A DNA stretch of 63,968 nt, filler included, from Choristocarpus tenellus KU-1152 (taxonomy: Eukaryota > Protista > Phaeophyceae): NCBI GenBank assembly GCA_964200185.2. It is 7 parts of 7 records of this genome, joined end to end, with 100 filler letters (N's around TTAATTAATTAA, not from the genome) between each part and the next. Parts side by side here need not be neighbours in the genome. Positions count along the whole stretch, not along the records: positions 12,382 to 34,366 come from CAXNAD020000312.1; 6 more parts are not named here. One strand, 5' to 3'. Below are positions 13,050-25,222 of this stretch, one piece after another. Both the position numbers and the translations under genes were made by a program. Under the pieces are notes generated by a model that did not search any database, was not told the DNA's origin, and saw nothing but the letters and a program-made list of their open reading frames with translations. Every line of letters starts with the position of its first letter. Positions within the stretch are counted from its first letter, which is position 1.

Positions 13050-14430
13050 GATATTTCGTGATACTGAACCATGGAATCTCTTTTCAAGAGACCAATCAAA
13101 CAACTAGTGAACTTCCCCTCACTCTGATACACCAATCATCAAATAGAATATTTGATATTAGGTCTTGTCACTCTGATGATCGACACTCTCATGAGATCCT
13201 CACCCCTCTGCAACCTTGCACTTGTCCAACCTCAACCTCATCCTCTCGGATAAGGTTCGTCTTGGTCTGTCTGATCCGTCTTGCCCGATAATGCCTGAGT
13301 GAATCACGCTGCAACATAGTCATATGGTTCGCAAAGATGTACCCCTCTAGAATGATGTCGAGCTGTCTCTTCTCTTCATCTCCCGAAGGAAGAATTGGAT
13401 CACCTATCGGTTGATACATGATCTGGCTGGTCTATTGAAGAGAAAGCTATCAATATTTTGGCCTCCTCAGAATGGTATTGAAGGAGGTGGAATGGACGGT
13501 TGAATAATACGTTGCTATGTGCATCCCTTCCTAGGTGGTTTCAATTGGTAATTGTTTTTCTATCTGCTATGACTATTGTGTTTCTGCATATAATACACAT
13601 GTACGTGTGATAAGAAGTGGAAGGCAAATTAGGTATGGGCAACAGGCAACGTCAATTATTGTTGTTATATTGATGATAGGGGTAGGCGAGGCACTATCCA
13701 ATAGCTACACAGTAGTAGCTGGATGAAGGTCACAAAGGGGTAGACACTGGTCATGCACGCACATGCCTCAGGGTTGGAGGACAAGTACGGCAGCTTGCCT
13801 GCGGTCAGGCATCTGGGCAGTGTTTGCCAACAAATGGATGTCTCCTGCACCCAGGAGGATGGAAGCTCCTTCACAAATAACCACAATTTCCGTGTATGGA
13901 TGTGGTAGTCCAAGTGGGGTGCACTTCTAATTCACCGACTGCCCTTTTCTGGGAAAGGAGCTTTACTCCTAGATATGACTTTTGCCGAGGCTCAAGTGGA
14001 CTGCTACCTCCAACAATCATCAGCTAATGACGCCATTTGTTACAGCTGCAATCGAGACCCCAAAGCGCAACCACTTTTGGAAGGATCTTTTGATCCCCTT
14101 AGTTTTAACCTCAAGGCTTTTTGTAATGGAAAGTTTCGGACGCCTAGGCGCACAGGTAGAGCAAAGGTAGAGCAAGATCTGGATTAGCTGGCAGTTGATG
14201 GCATGAGTAGTAGCCCTACAGGGGGCGGAGGGCTCTGGTTAGAAGGAAGCAGTGAAGGCACGCCTGCGACATATTGTGCAGTATCTGCTAACAGCAATCT
14301 CTAGACATTCCGCGCGTTTTGAAGGGGAGACACCGGGTCGATGGGCCAGGAGAGACTTGACTGACTTGTGATATTCTTCTCTTTCTTCTCTATCGCCTTC
14401 ATAGTGTGAATCTAAGAGTAGTTCCAACTA
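13050..14430 (-). mobile_element. Highly decayed LTR-retrotransposon-like relic
   Basis: Stop-riddled gag-like fragment and a possible chromodomain-like fragment (EDEVEVGQVQG...KYSI**LVY). Weak. Confidence 0.3.
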
Positions 14431-15033
14431 TTTTGTACTTCGAGCAGTTGTTCGAGTAGTTTTCTTGTTTTCACGTTTCTTGTTTTCGAACATACTGCAA
14501 CTCTTGTCGGTACATCTGTGTTTGTCCTTTTCTCTTCTCACCTAGTGTTTTTCCTTTAGAGACTATTGGATCTGCGGTGACTGTTTTCTGTACTTTTTAA
14601 TTATTCTTTTCTACCATGACATTCTCTGGAAAATATCAGAAGACATAATAATATGTACTATCTACGACATGATATGTACGTATGCATGTACATTATGATG
14701 TTGTGTGTGGCACATAGAACATACTACTACAACCAAACAATTCAACTTCAACAATGTTGATACTTTGTACTGATAGGAAATAAACCGTTTGAAGTGCAAT
14801 GGAGGGGTTCCACATTTTCTTGCACTACTTTTTCTCTACTTCAAACAACGTTATTTCCTCAGGGACTGCTTTGTTTGAGGAAAGTGATGATTAATTATAT
14901 TTCTTTGGATTTCAATTCGATGATTTTATCCTATCGACAATCAATAAAATGATACATCTTCGCTATACGTTGTTGCTGTGACTGCGTTGTATAGGATCTT
15001 GTCTCTGGGTGGTAACGACTTTTTCCCATCCTA

Positions 15034-15290
15034 GACTTAAAGCATCGAAGAGGGTAGGGCCAGGTCCTTTCAGGATCATAAATCCAATGTTGTGATTTTG
15101 ATGAATTTTGACTATTTGTGTTTGTTAGCAAGTGTCAATATCCTTGCTCTGGACACCCCTTTCATAGTCGTACACATTTTAGGAAACTGTGTTCACACAG
15201 AAAATCGAAAAAGGGCATAAAAAAAACATGGGAAGCTAAGCCCGAGCGGACAAACAGGGCAAAACTCCTACCCTTTAAATGCTTTGGGTC
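15034..15290. mobile_element. MITE family A, diverged copy 7
   Basis: GACTTAAAGCATCGAAGAGGGTAG...CTACCCTTTAAATGCTTTGGGTC; interior colinear with the other copies. Confidence 0.8.
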
Positions 15291-15679
15291 CCCGGGCAGC
15301 CTGCCATGCATCCACCTTCAGCCAGGTGTTGTGTAGGAAGACGAGTAGTCTTACGTTATCTACCCCGTTTGCTTCATTTTTAATCTTACAATATTTTGAG
15401 GTGTTGAAAACCTGGTCTCCAAATCTTCCCTTGTTGTGCAGCAGGAAAAAAAGGAGATTAGAAATTAGGTGGGCAAATTTGTCCAGGCACAGAAGAGTTT
15501 GAAACCCTTTCCCCACTAAGGTGGTACCTATAGCTTTGCCCTCTGTGGCAATCACCGGAATTACACAGCAGTCTTATAACATTGCATATATCAACTGAAA
15601 GGGTATGGCAAGAGCTTTTGAAGGTTTGTATGCACGAATGTCCAGCCTTTGGGGAACGGGACCTAGTTCCTGATCAAAT

Positions 15680-17470
15680 AATGGCAAAAAAGCGGGGGAA
15701 CATCACCGGCGCAACTTTGAAGGTGAAAACTCCAAAACGGACAAAAGTGAAGTGGTTGACCAAAGTCCTTGCACAAAACTGGTCCAGGATAGATCGCTGC
15801 CCAAGTTTGAGCGGTATGGCGATAAAGAAAAAAAAAGCAAGATTTCCAAACATCCTTTTCACGCCTTTTGCGGACTTTCTGTGAGCACACACACACGTGA
15901 CTTATACACCAACATGAACCACGACGGTGAGACAAGGAGAGCCGCCGAGTCCACGCTTCCCCCTGGATCTACCCTTGGCACCTTCTCTGTCGAGAGGCGA
16001 CGGAAATGCAAATGCCATGTGACACTCAGTGCGATGTTTGGTTACGAGAAAGTGCGAGTAGTGTGGCGCAGCAGCATAATCAAATCGCGAAATGGATCAC
16101 AGGGTCGTGACGCTGACGCTGAGAAAAGATGCATTGAAAGCATTACCACACCAACGTGGTTGGATCTTCAACCACGTCGGAGCACTGCTCTGCAGTCTCT
16201 GCCGGCTCGGGAAAGCAGGAAGGGAGCGGCGAGTCCATCACCAGGTGCTACAGTGACGAAGTCTGTGGGGAAGCCTGGTCACGGTGGGCGAAGGGAGAAC
16301 CGGGGTGGCCGCCCGAAGGGAAGATTGAGGAAGAGAGCAGTGCGACTGCGTGCCATTGCGCTCAGGAAACGCCTAAGCAAAACCCAGATGTAGAATATCT
16401 TAGTAGTCGACAGTCGCAGCAGGCCCAGGCTGTTCGTTTGGAAGCTATGCGAGCCAGAGTGGCTTAAGGAAACGAGAAAGAAGGTGTTAGGGTTGGGCTA
16501 CAAGGGCTCTGAAGTCAGAAAGAAGGTCGAAGGGACTCGCAAGGTGGGGGAGAAAGTGATCATAACAAAGGCAGCTGTGGAGACTTTGCGATACCACCAG
16601 ATCCTTTACTTCGAAGAGGTCGCGAAGCAGGTGGAGGTAGCCATTGACAAGGATGCCAGGGAAGAAGAGGAGGCGAGATTGAGACTGTTTGCACATCAGT
16701 GGTTTAGTGTCTCCCACTTCTTGCAAGATGCCGTACATTCGCCTTTCTTCCTGGACTTGGGGTTGGAAGTATAAAGTTGATTAAGGCTTTCTCCCAGTCT
16801 GCATTCATTCGAGACATCAACACAATTTTCGATCAACTTAAGCCTGTCCTCCCTCACCCTTGCACCTTGATGATAAAATATCACTTGTCCAGGAAACAAG
16901 GACAAAACCCATTTCCGGCGCTCAACAAGGAAACGTGATAGATATGACTCTAACAGTGCGAATCCTGGACGTATGTATGAACGACAGGAAAGACCGTCAA
17001 ACGGCGCTCAAGATTGCAGCAGGATATGCGATGGTCAGGTCGGAACTGTGGGTAAATGGGAGAGAGACTTCCTAAGGGCCATATCAAGGTGTCGGAGCAA
17101 GGAGCTATGAGAGGCGTTTCGCCCTGGGGCTCGACGAGGACATCCTTGCCGAGGTCAAAGAGTGGGTGCGCGAACACACAAGAAGAAAGGGTGGGGAGAC
17201 TTTTTCCCCGCCTAATCCCTGTAATCTAATCAAGTAATAGTGCATCTGTTTGCCACTCTTCGTGACCTACAATCCATGGTTCGAATCCCAATATGACCGC
17301 TCCTTCTTCATAAAAAAATAAATGGCGAAAAAAAAACGAAGACAGCAATCTGGAGGGCCTTGGCGGGCATGAAGAATATGCTATTATTTTTTTAATCGGA
17401 TGTCTATATCAAAAGTTATGAGGGGACAACCCCAGAGGGCGAAGCTAGTAATACCACTATACCACCTGAG
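15680..17470 (+). mobile_element. CpG-rich probable DNA-transposon derivative with broken ORFs
   Basis: CpG-rich relative to flanks. The fragment ..GARSYERRFALGLDEDILAEVKEWVREHTRRKG recalls the N-terminal region of some eukaryotic transposases. No catalytic domain seen; boundaries approximate. Confidence 0.3.
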
Positions 17471-17884
17471 CAGGATATTAAAATTTTCATCAATCATTGT
17501 TTCCCCATCACCCTCGGGAAGGCCTCAACCTCTCTCTACATGTGTTATCAGACGTGGTGGTCGAGAGTGGTTCCATCACCCCAGCAGTAGCAGCAGTTTA
17601 GCTACCTCTGCACGTTAGAGGGGAAGATCTAGCAAACCTCTTCCGTCTCTTCTGATCTCTTAATATTGGGCAGTAGATAATTTCATGTCACAAGTATCTC
17701 TTGCATATGTCAAATACATGGTGGATTTGTTCATTCGAATAAGGTTGTTTTACCTATCATTTTAATGAGAACGAACCCCCTAAATCTTGGGGGCAATATA
17801 TCCTTCAAGTTTTGGGGAGTGAAATTAAATGGTAATAAAAAAAAGATAAGTATCCTCATTGGTTGCAGACATCACCTCAGTTTG

Positions 17885-18165
17885 GATCCAAAGCAATTCA
17901 GAGGGTAGGAGTTTATCCCTGTTTGTCCCTTTGGGACTTGTCTTCCAACAGGTTTTTTATGCCCTTTTTTCGGTTTTCTGTGAACACAGTTGCCTACTCT
18001 GAAACATTTGGAGTAGATGAAATTTGCACGAATATGAAAGGTGTGTCTGGAGCAAGGATATTGACACTTGCTAGCAAACACGACAGCCCAAATTACAACA
18101 AAATCAAAACGTTGGATTTATGACCCCCAACGGACACGACCCTACCCTCTGAAATGCTTCGGATC
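17885..18165. mobile_element. MITE family A, diverged copy 8
   Basis: GATCCAAAGCAATTCAGAGGGTAG...CTACCCTCTGAAATGCTTCGGATC; TSD TTG/TTG. Confidence 0.85.
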
Positions 18166-18299
18166 TTGTTGTGCACAATTATGGTATATTAGACGGATTC
18201 CAGCATTGTAGTTTGCTGCATCCACTGGGATATTTGGGAGGAGCTTGCCTACCTCAGCCTTTTCCTAAGATGAGGAATTTCGAAGACGTTGTCACCCTT

Positions 18300-19270
18300 G
18301 GAACCCAGCACTTCACTATAGGCTGCGAAGAGGCTCTGCCAGATGCGCTTTAGTATCTCCCAGGAGTAAACATCGAATGCTTCCATTGTGGCCTCCACCA
18401 GCTCCTCTGTGTTGGTCACCCCCACATTTCCTTCCGTAGCTGGATGGAATGAAAGAATCCCAGGTCATTGACATTGAGATCACATTGTTGGCTCGCTGGC
18501 TCTGTGACGATGTTGTTCCCTGCCACCTCCTTGATTACCTCCGTGATCCCCCCCTCAGTGTGTGACTCTGCCCTGTCCTGCTGCATGAAGATGATGAATG
18601 CAGGCCTTAATTACCAGGATGGTATCCTTGACTATAAGCTTCTTATACCCCTCCCTGTCCACTGTGGCTGGCACAATCACCTTGATGCCCTTGGGGCCAT
18701 GTTTGCTGGAGCATTAAGCGACCTTAGTGTCCACAATCGGCCAGATCCAATTTTCCAATCGACCCACATCCTGTTGGAGAGCTTCCTAGGGCGGGCCACA
18801 GCCGCAAGGAACATCAGCTTTGTAATGTAGCGCTTAACCTGTGCCTGTGGGGGTTTTGGGGGGACTTTCAGTGGGGTGTAGGTACACACGTTGCCCATCT
18901 TTGAGGATGTAAAACCACTTCTTGACCACATACATACAGTCATTCAGATCGTCCACTAATATCCCACTCCCCCCCCTCCCACACGAGTGGATAATGACGA
19001 AACCCACCCTGTCGACTTTTACTGGTCTGAGAGGACTGGCTTAATCCACCGCTTGGCCTTCTTCATCTTCTCGTGTTTGAACAGTTCCCACAATAAAGCA
19101 AGGGAGACCCCAGCTTTGGCCTCCCAATTGTGGAATGATGTGTGGTGTACAGATGGGGCATCCCAAACGTCAATAATAGTTGTATGGCGGCCACATCACT
19201 GCTTGCGATGTCGTATAAGGTTCATGCATTCACCCTATGCAATGGCCACAGACATCCCCCGAGGCATCTG
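18300..19270 (-). pseudogene. Tc1/mariner transposase relic (plant-mariner DD39D-like)
   Basis: Motifs in the expected order: KKWFY, KRYITKLMFLAAVARPR..DWKIG, FMQQDRA, CDLNVNDLGFFHSIQ; frameshifted. Confidence 0.85.
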
Positions 19271-20543
19271 AGTGAGTCTGGACCCCAGACAGACTTGTGG
19301 GCTGAAGAGGCATCTGAAGAATTGGGACCGACCCGCGACCACAGGATGAGCGAGTTGTTCAAACGATGGGAGGACTTTATCCTAGGCATCCCAATAATCA
19401 CCCGCTTGAAAGTTTCATGATGATTTTGAACCCCATCAAAGGCAACTTGGTCGACTTTACACTGGTGGTCCTCCACAATCATGACACCTCACCATCTCAA
19501 ACTTTGTAAGACTTCCAATCTTTATGAGAACCAAGCCTTATTACAGGGTTTATCATGTAGGTCATTCCGATTTTTGTTACTTTGATGATTAATAAAAATA
19601 TCTTTATTACTTCACTACAATCACAATGAGTATATTTTTTGATTAGGGTTATTATGTTCTTCTCATTCCTCTTCTTCATATTACTATTGTTGTGAGATTG
19701 GCATTTCCAACCAGTTTTAGGGGGGTGATAAGAAACGATGGTTGAGAACAGAGCTTGCAAAATGTATTCTTATCAAGTTCCTAACCCTAACCCAACAGAG
19801 GAAGTAGTGGTTGCATGTAGTCCTAGTACTTGACGCAATAGATGACCTTTTGCATCACTACTCATTTAACATTTTCAGGTGGAAGATCTTTGGGGGGTAC
19901 ACAGTCAAAATACCACATGGTGGGAAGGAACTCAAGAGAGATGGAGGTCATGATCAGACTGTACTGGAGGCTCTTGTGATACACATATTTTCTGGTGTTA
20001 TTGTGGGCGTTATAGGGTGAGTTCGTGGCAAGCACAGCTGGCCTGTCAGTATTTCACTTCAAGAGGTAACAGAGCATTGTGTGCGGGTTTGGTACTGGAC
20101 CTTTCTTCCTTGTGTTGATCAAAACATGGAAAGTAAGGAGCAGGAAAATGTATGGGTATGTCAAGTCCAATATTCACCATGAACCCAAGGCCCGTTCAAC
20201 CCCGTCTCAAGTCTGTTGCACACTGTTTGTGATGTGGGATCAAGTACCTTGTCAGTTTGCTCCATGGCTGTGTTCATGAGATACAGCGAATGTATTTGAT
20301 GTCCACATACCATGCCAGAAGGAAGAGCAATGGTCAACACTTTAAAGCGTCACTGACTAAGGGATGAAGTAGCTTGTTTGGTATCTCCAACAAATTTCTG
20401 TACCAAGGATCAATGCCACTGCACACCAACGGAGATCAAAAGCACCTCTAAAGCTGTAATCCACAGTAAACACTGGACCATGTCAAAAGCTCTACATACC
20501 TACTGAAATCCATACATCTGAATTCATCACCACATGAAACGAT

Positions 20544-23500
20544 TTAGAAGATTACAGTATCAAGCATCGCTCCAAGGGACTGCACAATGTTTGCAGCCAT
20601 AAGGTCTGACACATCACTCTCCAGGTGGCGTTTTGGGTCTACTTTCCCCACGTTGAGCACGGCTAGCTCATCCAAAGTCTTTCCCTCCTCTTCCTGAACC
20701 CTCTCATTGTACTCCTTGGTCAGCTTGAGCATTGCCTGTTTTCAGGTGTACATATGCCGGTTGTCAATCACTGCCCACTAGCATTTACTTTGAAACATTC
20801 AGGTTTAGCCTCTAACATCTAGTACCCAGCTCAAGTACAAAGGTTTGTTGGTAGGGCTTCAAACAAATGTAATGTTGAAAAAAGGTGTGGTTCATTTTGT
20901 ATGGTAAAACAAGGATCAAAGTGGATACACACCACAAACATTGATCATGCCACATGCCATATGAAATAAAAGTCACTGTCTAGATTGTGTGCCAAGCCAC
21001 AGCCACCACAACGCATTGTGGCTAAACAATCTCTGTTGTCGTGAACAGGTATCTCTGCTTTGTACATGGCACTCCATACCCATGCGGGTCAAGATGATGA
21101 GACCAAGGAGGTGAGCTGTACTATTACAACGGCACCCATCAATTAAAGAGATTGAGAAGTACATCAGCGATGACAACAAGCTCCTGACTGGGCCAGCTAG
21201 GTTGATTTCAATCGGAGGCAATGTAGGCACCACAAAAAACAAGGAATTTCTGGTACAAGGCCATGGGAAAAGTGGGTCTACCCTTCTATACATGGTGGAT
21301 ACTCTTAAAAGCAGGTCCCAATCAATGAACCACAATCACTTCATCTTTTCTCAGAAAAAAGGCTGCCAATGCCTGTCAGAGGAGACGCGCAGCAATCACA
21401 ACATACGACAATAATAGAGAACTAACTCAATGCCGCAAATCCTTCAATATTCCAAGTAGACTCTTTGTTAACCTCAAGGCAAACGGTTCACCTCGAGAAT
21501 CTTCTCGTTGGAACTGTGGTGGTCTTCAAACCGCTTCATCACAAGCCCCTGTGTCCACTGCTCTCTGTGGAGATTCATGAGCATCTGTAATGGGTAGAAA
21601 ATGTGTGAATTAGATGGCAGCCAGTGACTGAAGTGTGAAAACAGCACTCACAAGGTCTATAGCCTCATACTACCCATCACAACTAATAGCACATTGCCCA
21701 GTACCATATCTGAACTAGAAAAAATAAATGCCAATGCTACTGCACCTGTACAAAATCCAACACCCTCTGTTAAAATTCATACTCAGACAGACACTCCACA
21801 ACATAAGTGGATCTACAAAATGGAACCATAGATATGTACACTGGCACCCCATCTCAAGCAAACCAGACTAATTTCCAAGTCAACAGTGCGCAAGCCTGAA
21901 TATGACATTTGCAGGTGTTGGAAGACCACACCAATCCACAAAATCAAAATCTCACTCAAGGCAAGTCACAGGCGATGAAACTAGCTTTTAACAGAAAAAT
22001 ATCCAACCTCTAATCAGGTTTCCCATATAGAATGTAGCCTATACAATACACTGATCAATAAGACACCCATAAAATTTCTCATGGGTCCCTCAAGGTGAGA
22101 CGTCGCACACCTCAACAGAGAGGCAATTCAAGCACACCAAAACACCTGTATGTCCCTATTGATTTGTTACAATTCCATTTCAGTCCTTATCCTCCCCTGA
22201 GACAATTCAACATCCTTGACTAACCCCTAGATTCAGCAAAACATGTAAGCAGGTCCACCATTCACTCTAACCCCCAACAAGCACCTGTTCCTCCAGCTCA
22301 TTTTTCCTGTAGTCAATCACTATGCTGTAATAGTGCCGGTTCAATCCGTGGATGAGTGCCTGTTCTTAAGTGATTCCAGGTCGTTTGAGTGAACACATAG
22401 GCATCAGCACATGAGAGGGGGAAGGTAAGGCGAGCTGTGAGGAAGTCATCAAACCACATACATGCATCAGTACCTATGAGTCAGTGCAATATCAACCTCT
22501 AGACTTTATACCAAAAAACAAGTCGGTAAACAATACTACTTCCTGACCATTTCAATAAACTATGCAGAGGTCAAAATCATTATTCATACCATCACATTTC
22601 TTAATCTTTACCCTGCCAAATATGAAACAAAGGATTGGTGACGCCTGGGCACATCAATGCATGGGTGCATGGACAGGGGATCGGTGCACTACCCACAAAC
22701 TGTTTCTAAGCTGTGAGAAACAAAAAGTAGTCTTCTCAAGGGGTGCAAATCAGTCCTGCAAAAACATTTGTGTATATGTACCTATCACAGCAATCAAGTC
22801 AGTTCCACCAAAGTTGTCTTGTGAGCTAGACCAATACAACGTAAGCAAAATTACATCTATGATCCACTTCATCATCACACTCAAGGTTGGGAATAGAGGG
22901 ACCCACTCTTTCTATGGTAGGAACTAGCACTGTTCTCCCAACTACTTTGTACCTGAATTGACGGCTTGTTGAGGTGTCCCACGTTGGAAGTGGTCTGCCT
23001 GGGCTCCTGACCAAGCATCATCATTTGTGGATTAATCAACCGAAATGCGTCGATGACCACCTTGCCCTTGACTGACTGAATTGGGTCTACCACTATAGAC
23101 ACCGCCCTTGTGTTGAGCTGCTCAAAGCTCTGCTGAGTATTGATGTCCACTCCTGAGAGCCAGCAGCCAAAACCTGGGTGGGAGTGGTACCATCCAACCA
23201 CCATCTGGTTTGTTAAGACAGGTGGGCAGGTATCAAGAAACGGGAGGGTTAACAAGAAGATTCGTACTGGAAGTTGGCCAGGAATAATGGTCGAACAAGA
23301 AATTGCATCTTCCACATTTGACCACTGCTAACCCTGAAGAGAAAAGATCCTTGAAGAGTGAGCAGAACAGCCTGTGTGTCACACACCTCGTGCCCACCCC
23401 ATCACGCAAAGGTTAGAAATACACCGGTAAAATACTCGCACTCGTTTAATATTTATTCTCAACCACAGTTTTCACCTCAGGTCGTCCCGTCTGCTTGAGC

Positions 23501-24021
23501 ATGTCGAGCATCTTTGTCTGAAATACAGGGTCAACAGCCTCCACGCTCACTGTAGTGCCAGACTGTGGCATCGCGAACACGTCGATGCAGTTAACTGTGT
23601 AATCATCCACGAACTGCCCCAGCATAAGTCCCATGACCTCCATTGGCACTCCCGCTCTTCCTAAAACCAAAAGTCGTGTAAGTTGCGAGGGGTAAGTAGT
23701 TATCACTAGGCAGATTTAACTGCGTGTCTATGGAAGATAAGATGGGTTGTGGTCGACACTCCGGGGGTAGACAGCCCAAAGCAGGATAACACCAGGGAGG
23801 GGAGCCCAATATCGTTCTTCTTCAAACTCAACTCTAATGGCATTAATAAGAAGATCGGTGAACTCCTGACATTTGTCAACAAACTCACCATGCTTAAGCA
23901 TCTTGAGCAGTGCAAGAGAGGAAATATGAACCTTTTCTGCTGTATCCACCACTGGTGCATCCGGTGCCCCTCCACCCTGTCCCATACCGGGGAGGTTGAA
24001 CAGCTGCTGAAAACGGTCCAT
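20544..24021 (-). CDS. RPN11: 26S proteasome lid deubiquitinase RPN11/PSMD14; exons 24021-23889, 23660-23476, 23204-22953, 22359-22285, 21584-21492, 20735-20544
   Basis: Six GT-AG exons sum to 930 nt (309 aa + stop). [24 protein letters not shown]; JAMM motif [17 protein letters not shown]; C-terminal [12 protein letters not shown]. Confidence 0.98.
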
Positions 24022-25222
24022 GCCCACGCCCTATCTGGAGGGCCTCTGGCCCTCCAAAGTCCACCACTTCTTAACAACTCAAATGGATTCTTGGTATGAG
24101 ACAACAAAGTTCTCGTCCTTGCAAAGCACCAGAATGGACACCGACCGACGGAAAGCACACCTTCTTACCCGAAGAGTAGCAATAAAACACTGGTAGGGTT
24201 ACAGGCTCACGGATAGGGTGATGACAAGTGCCAACACAGGTCAGGTACTCTGAGGTTTCGTGAAATCTGAAGAACGAGGGTTTACCAAAGGGTTAGGGAA
24301 TCCACCAGACCATCCATCCGTCCATCCCGTGGCTGTTCGTGTTCGACTAGGTTCCTCTCTTGGCCTCTGCGCTTTGGGCTATGTGCCAAGTATCCCGAAA
24401 AACGTCCCAGGGTCCCCTCGCCCTCATCATTTTACTTAGAGACACTTGAAGAAGGGAATTAAAGGGCATCGCTCGTTATCTGGATCAGCGCCTCACCAAT
24501 TTTTTGCCCTGTTCGAGGTGCTCTTTTGTCGTTTCCGACACATCTGACTCCCGTGACAACGTGACGTGTGGTCCTCGGTTATCGCTCGGGGTCGACGCTG
24601 CGATCGAAGGTGAGCTGTGCTATGGTCCATATCGCGTTCTATTGCTTCGATTCAGCATGAGAAACCATATAGAGAGCTATGTAGGGGTAGAGATCCAGTT
24701 ACCATGGAGACGAATGTCAAACACGTGCACGCAGCATCCTTCAGTGCTCCTTTATGAGCTTACCTGATCTTCGCATCGCGCGTGAAGTGCCATAGTAAAT
24801 AAGGCATTTGATTGTGATGTGCATATGCTCGGTTGAGCTGAGGTCATAGTACTTTTGGCGTCAAGTTTCTTCATGGGCGAGATTGGCTCGAGGTGCATGT
24901 CGGCAACCATTTCACACGAAAATGCAACTGGTATAGCGGTGTACAGTTTAACAAGCGGCCACACCCACTCATAAGAGAACCATGGTGCGCCTTCCTTACA
25001 TGATATCGGTGTTGAAGTCTATGCCCAATAGAGCGTGGTTAGGGAGTCTGCTTGGATACTCGAGTCGTGTACAATCCTTTTTGTCCACCTTGACTGTGCT
25101 CAGTCCTATGCCCAACTTGGATATTCAAACTTACACGCTATTTCGACACAAAGCTTTTCCATCCACTGTGTGTGTACCCTCTCGTATGCCCAGGGTAGCG
25201 TGTTCGGAACCCCTTCTAGAGG
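24022..25222. promoter_or_regulatory. Probable bidirectional promoter/5'UTR region between RPN11 and the SWR1-like gene
   Basis: 1.2 kb between divergent ATGs; locally CpG-rich, especially about 24300-24800. Confidence 0.55.

Noticed and set aside
19497-19760. AT-rich patches (also about 14700-14990 and 36760-37130) as further bacterial or organellar inserts
   Set aside because: No recognisable protein motif in the frames I read; BLASTX would be needed.
20544-24021. Non-canonical introns in RPN11
   Set aside because: All five introns are ordinary GT-AG.
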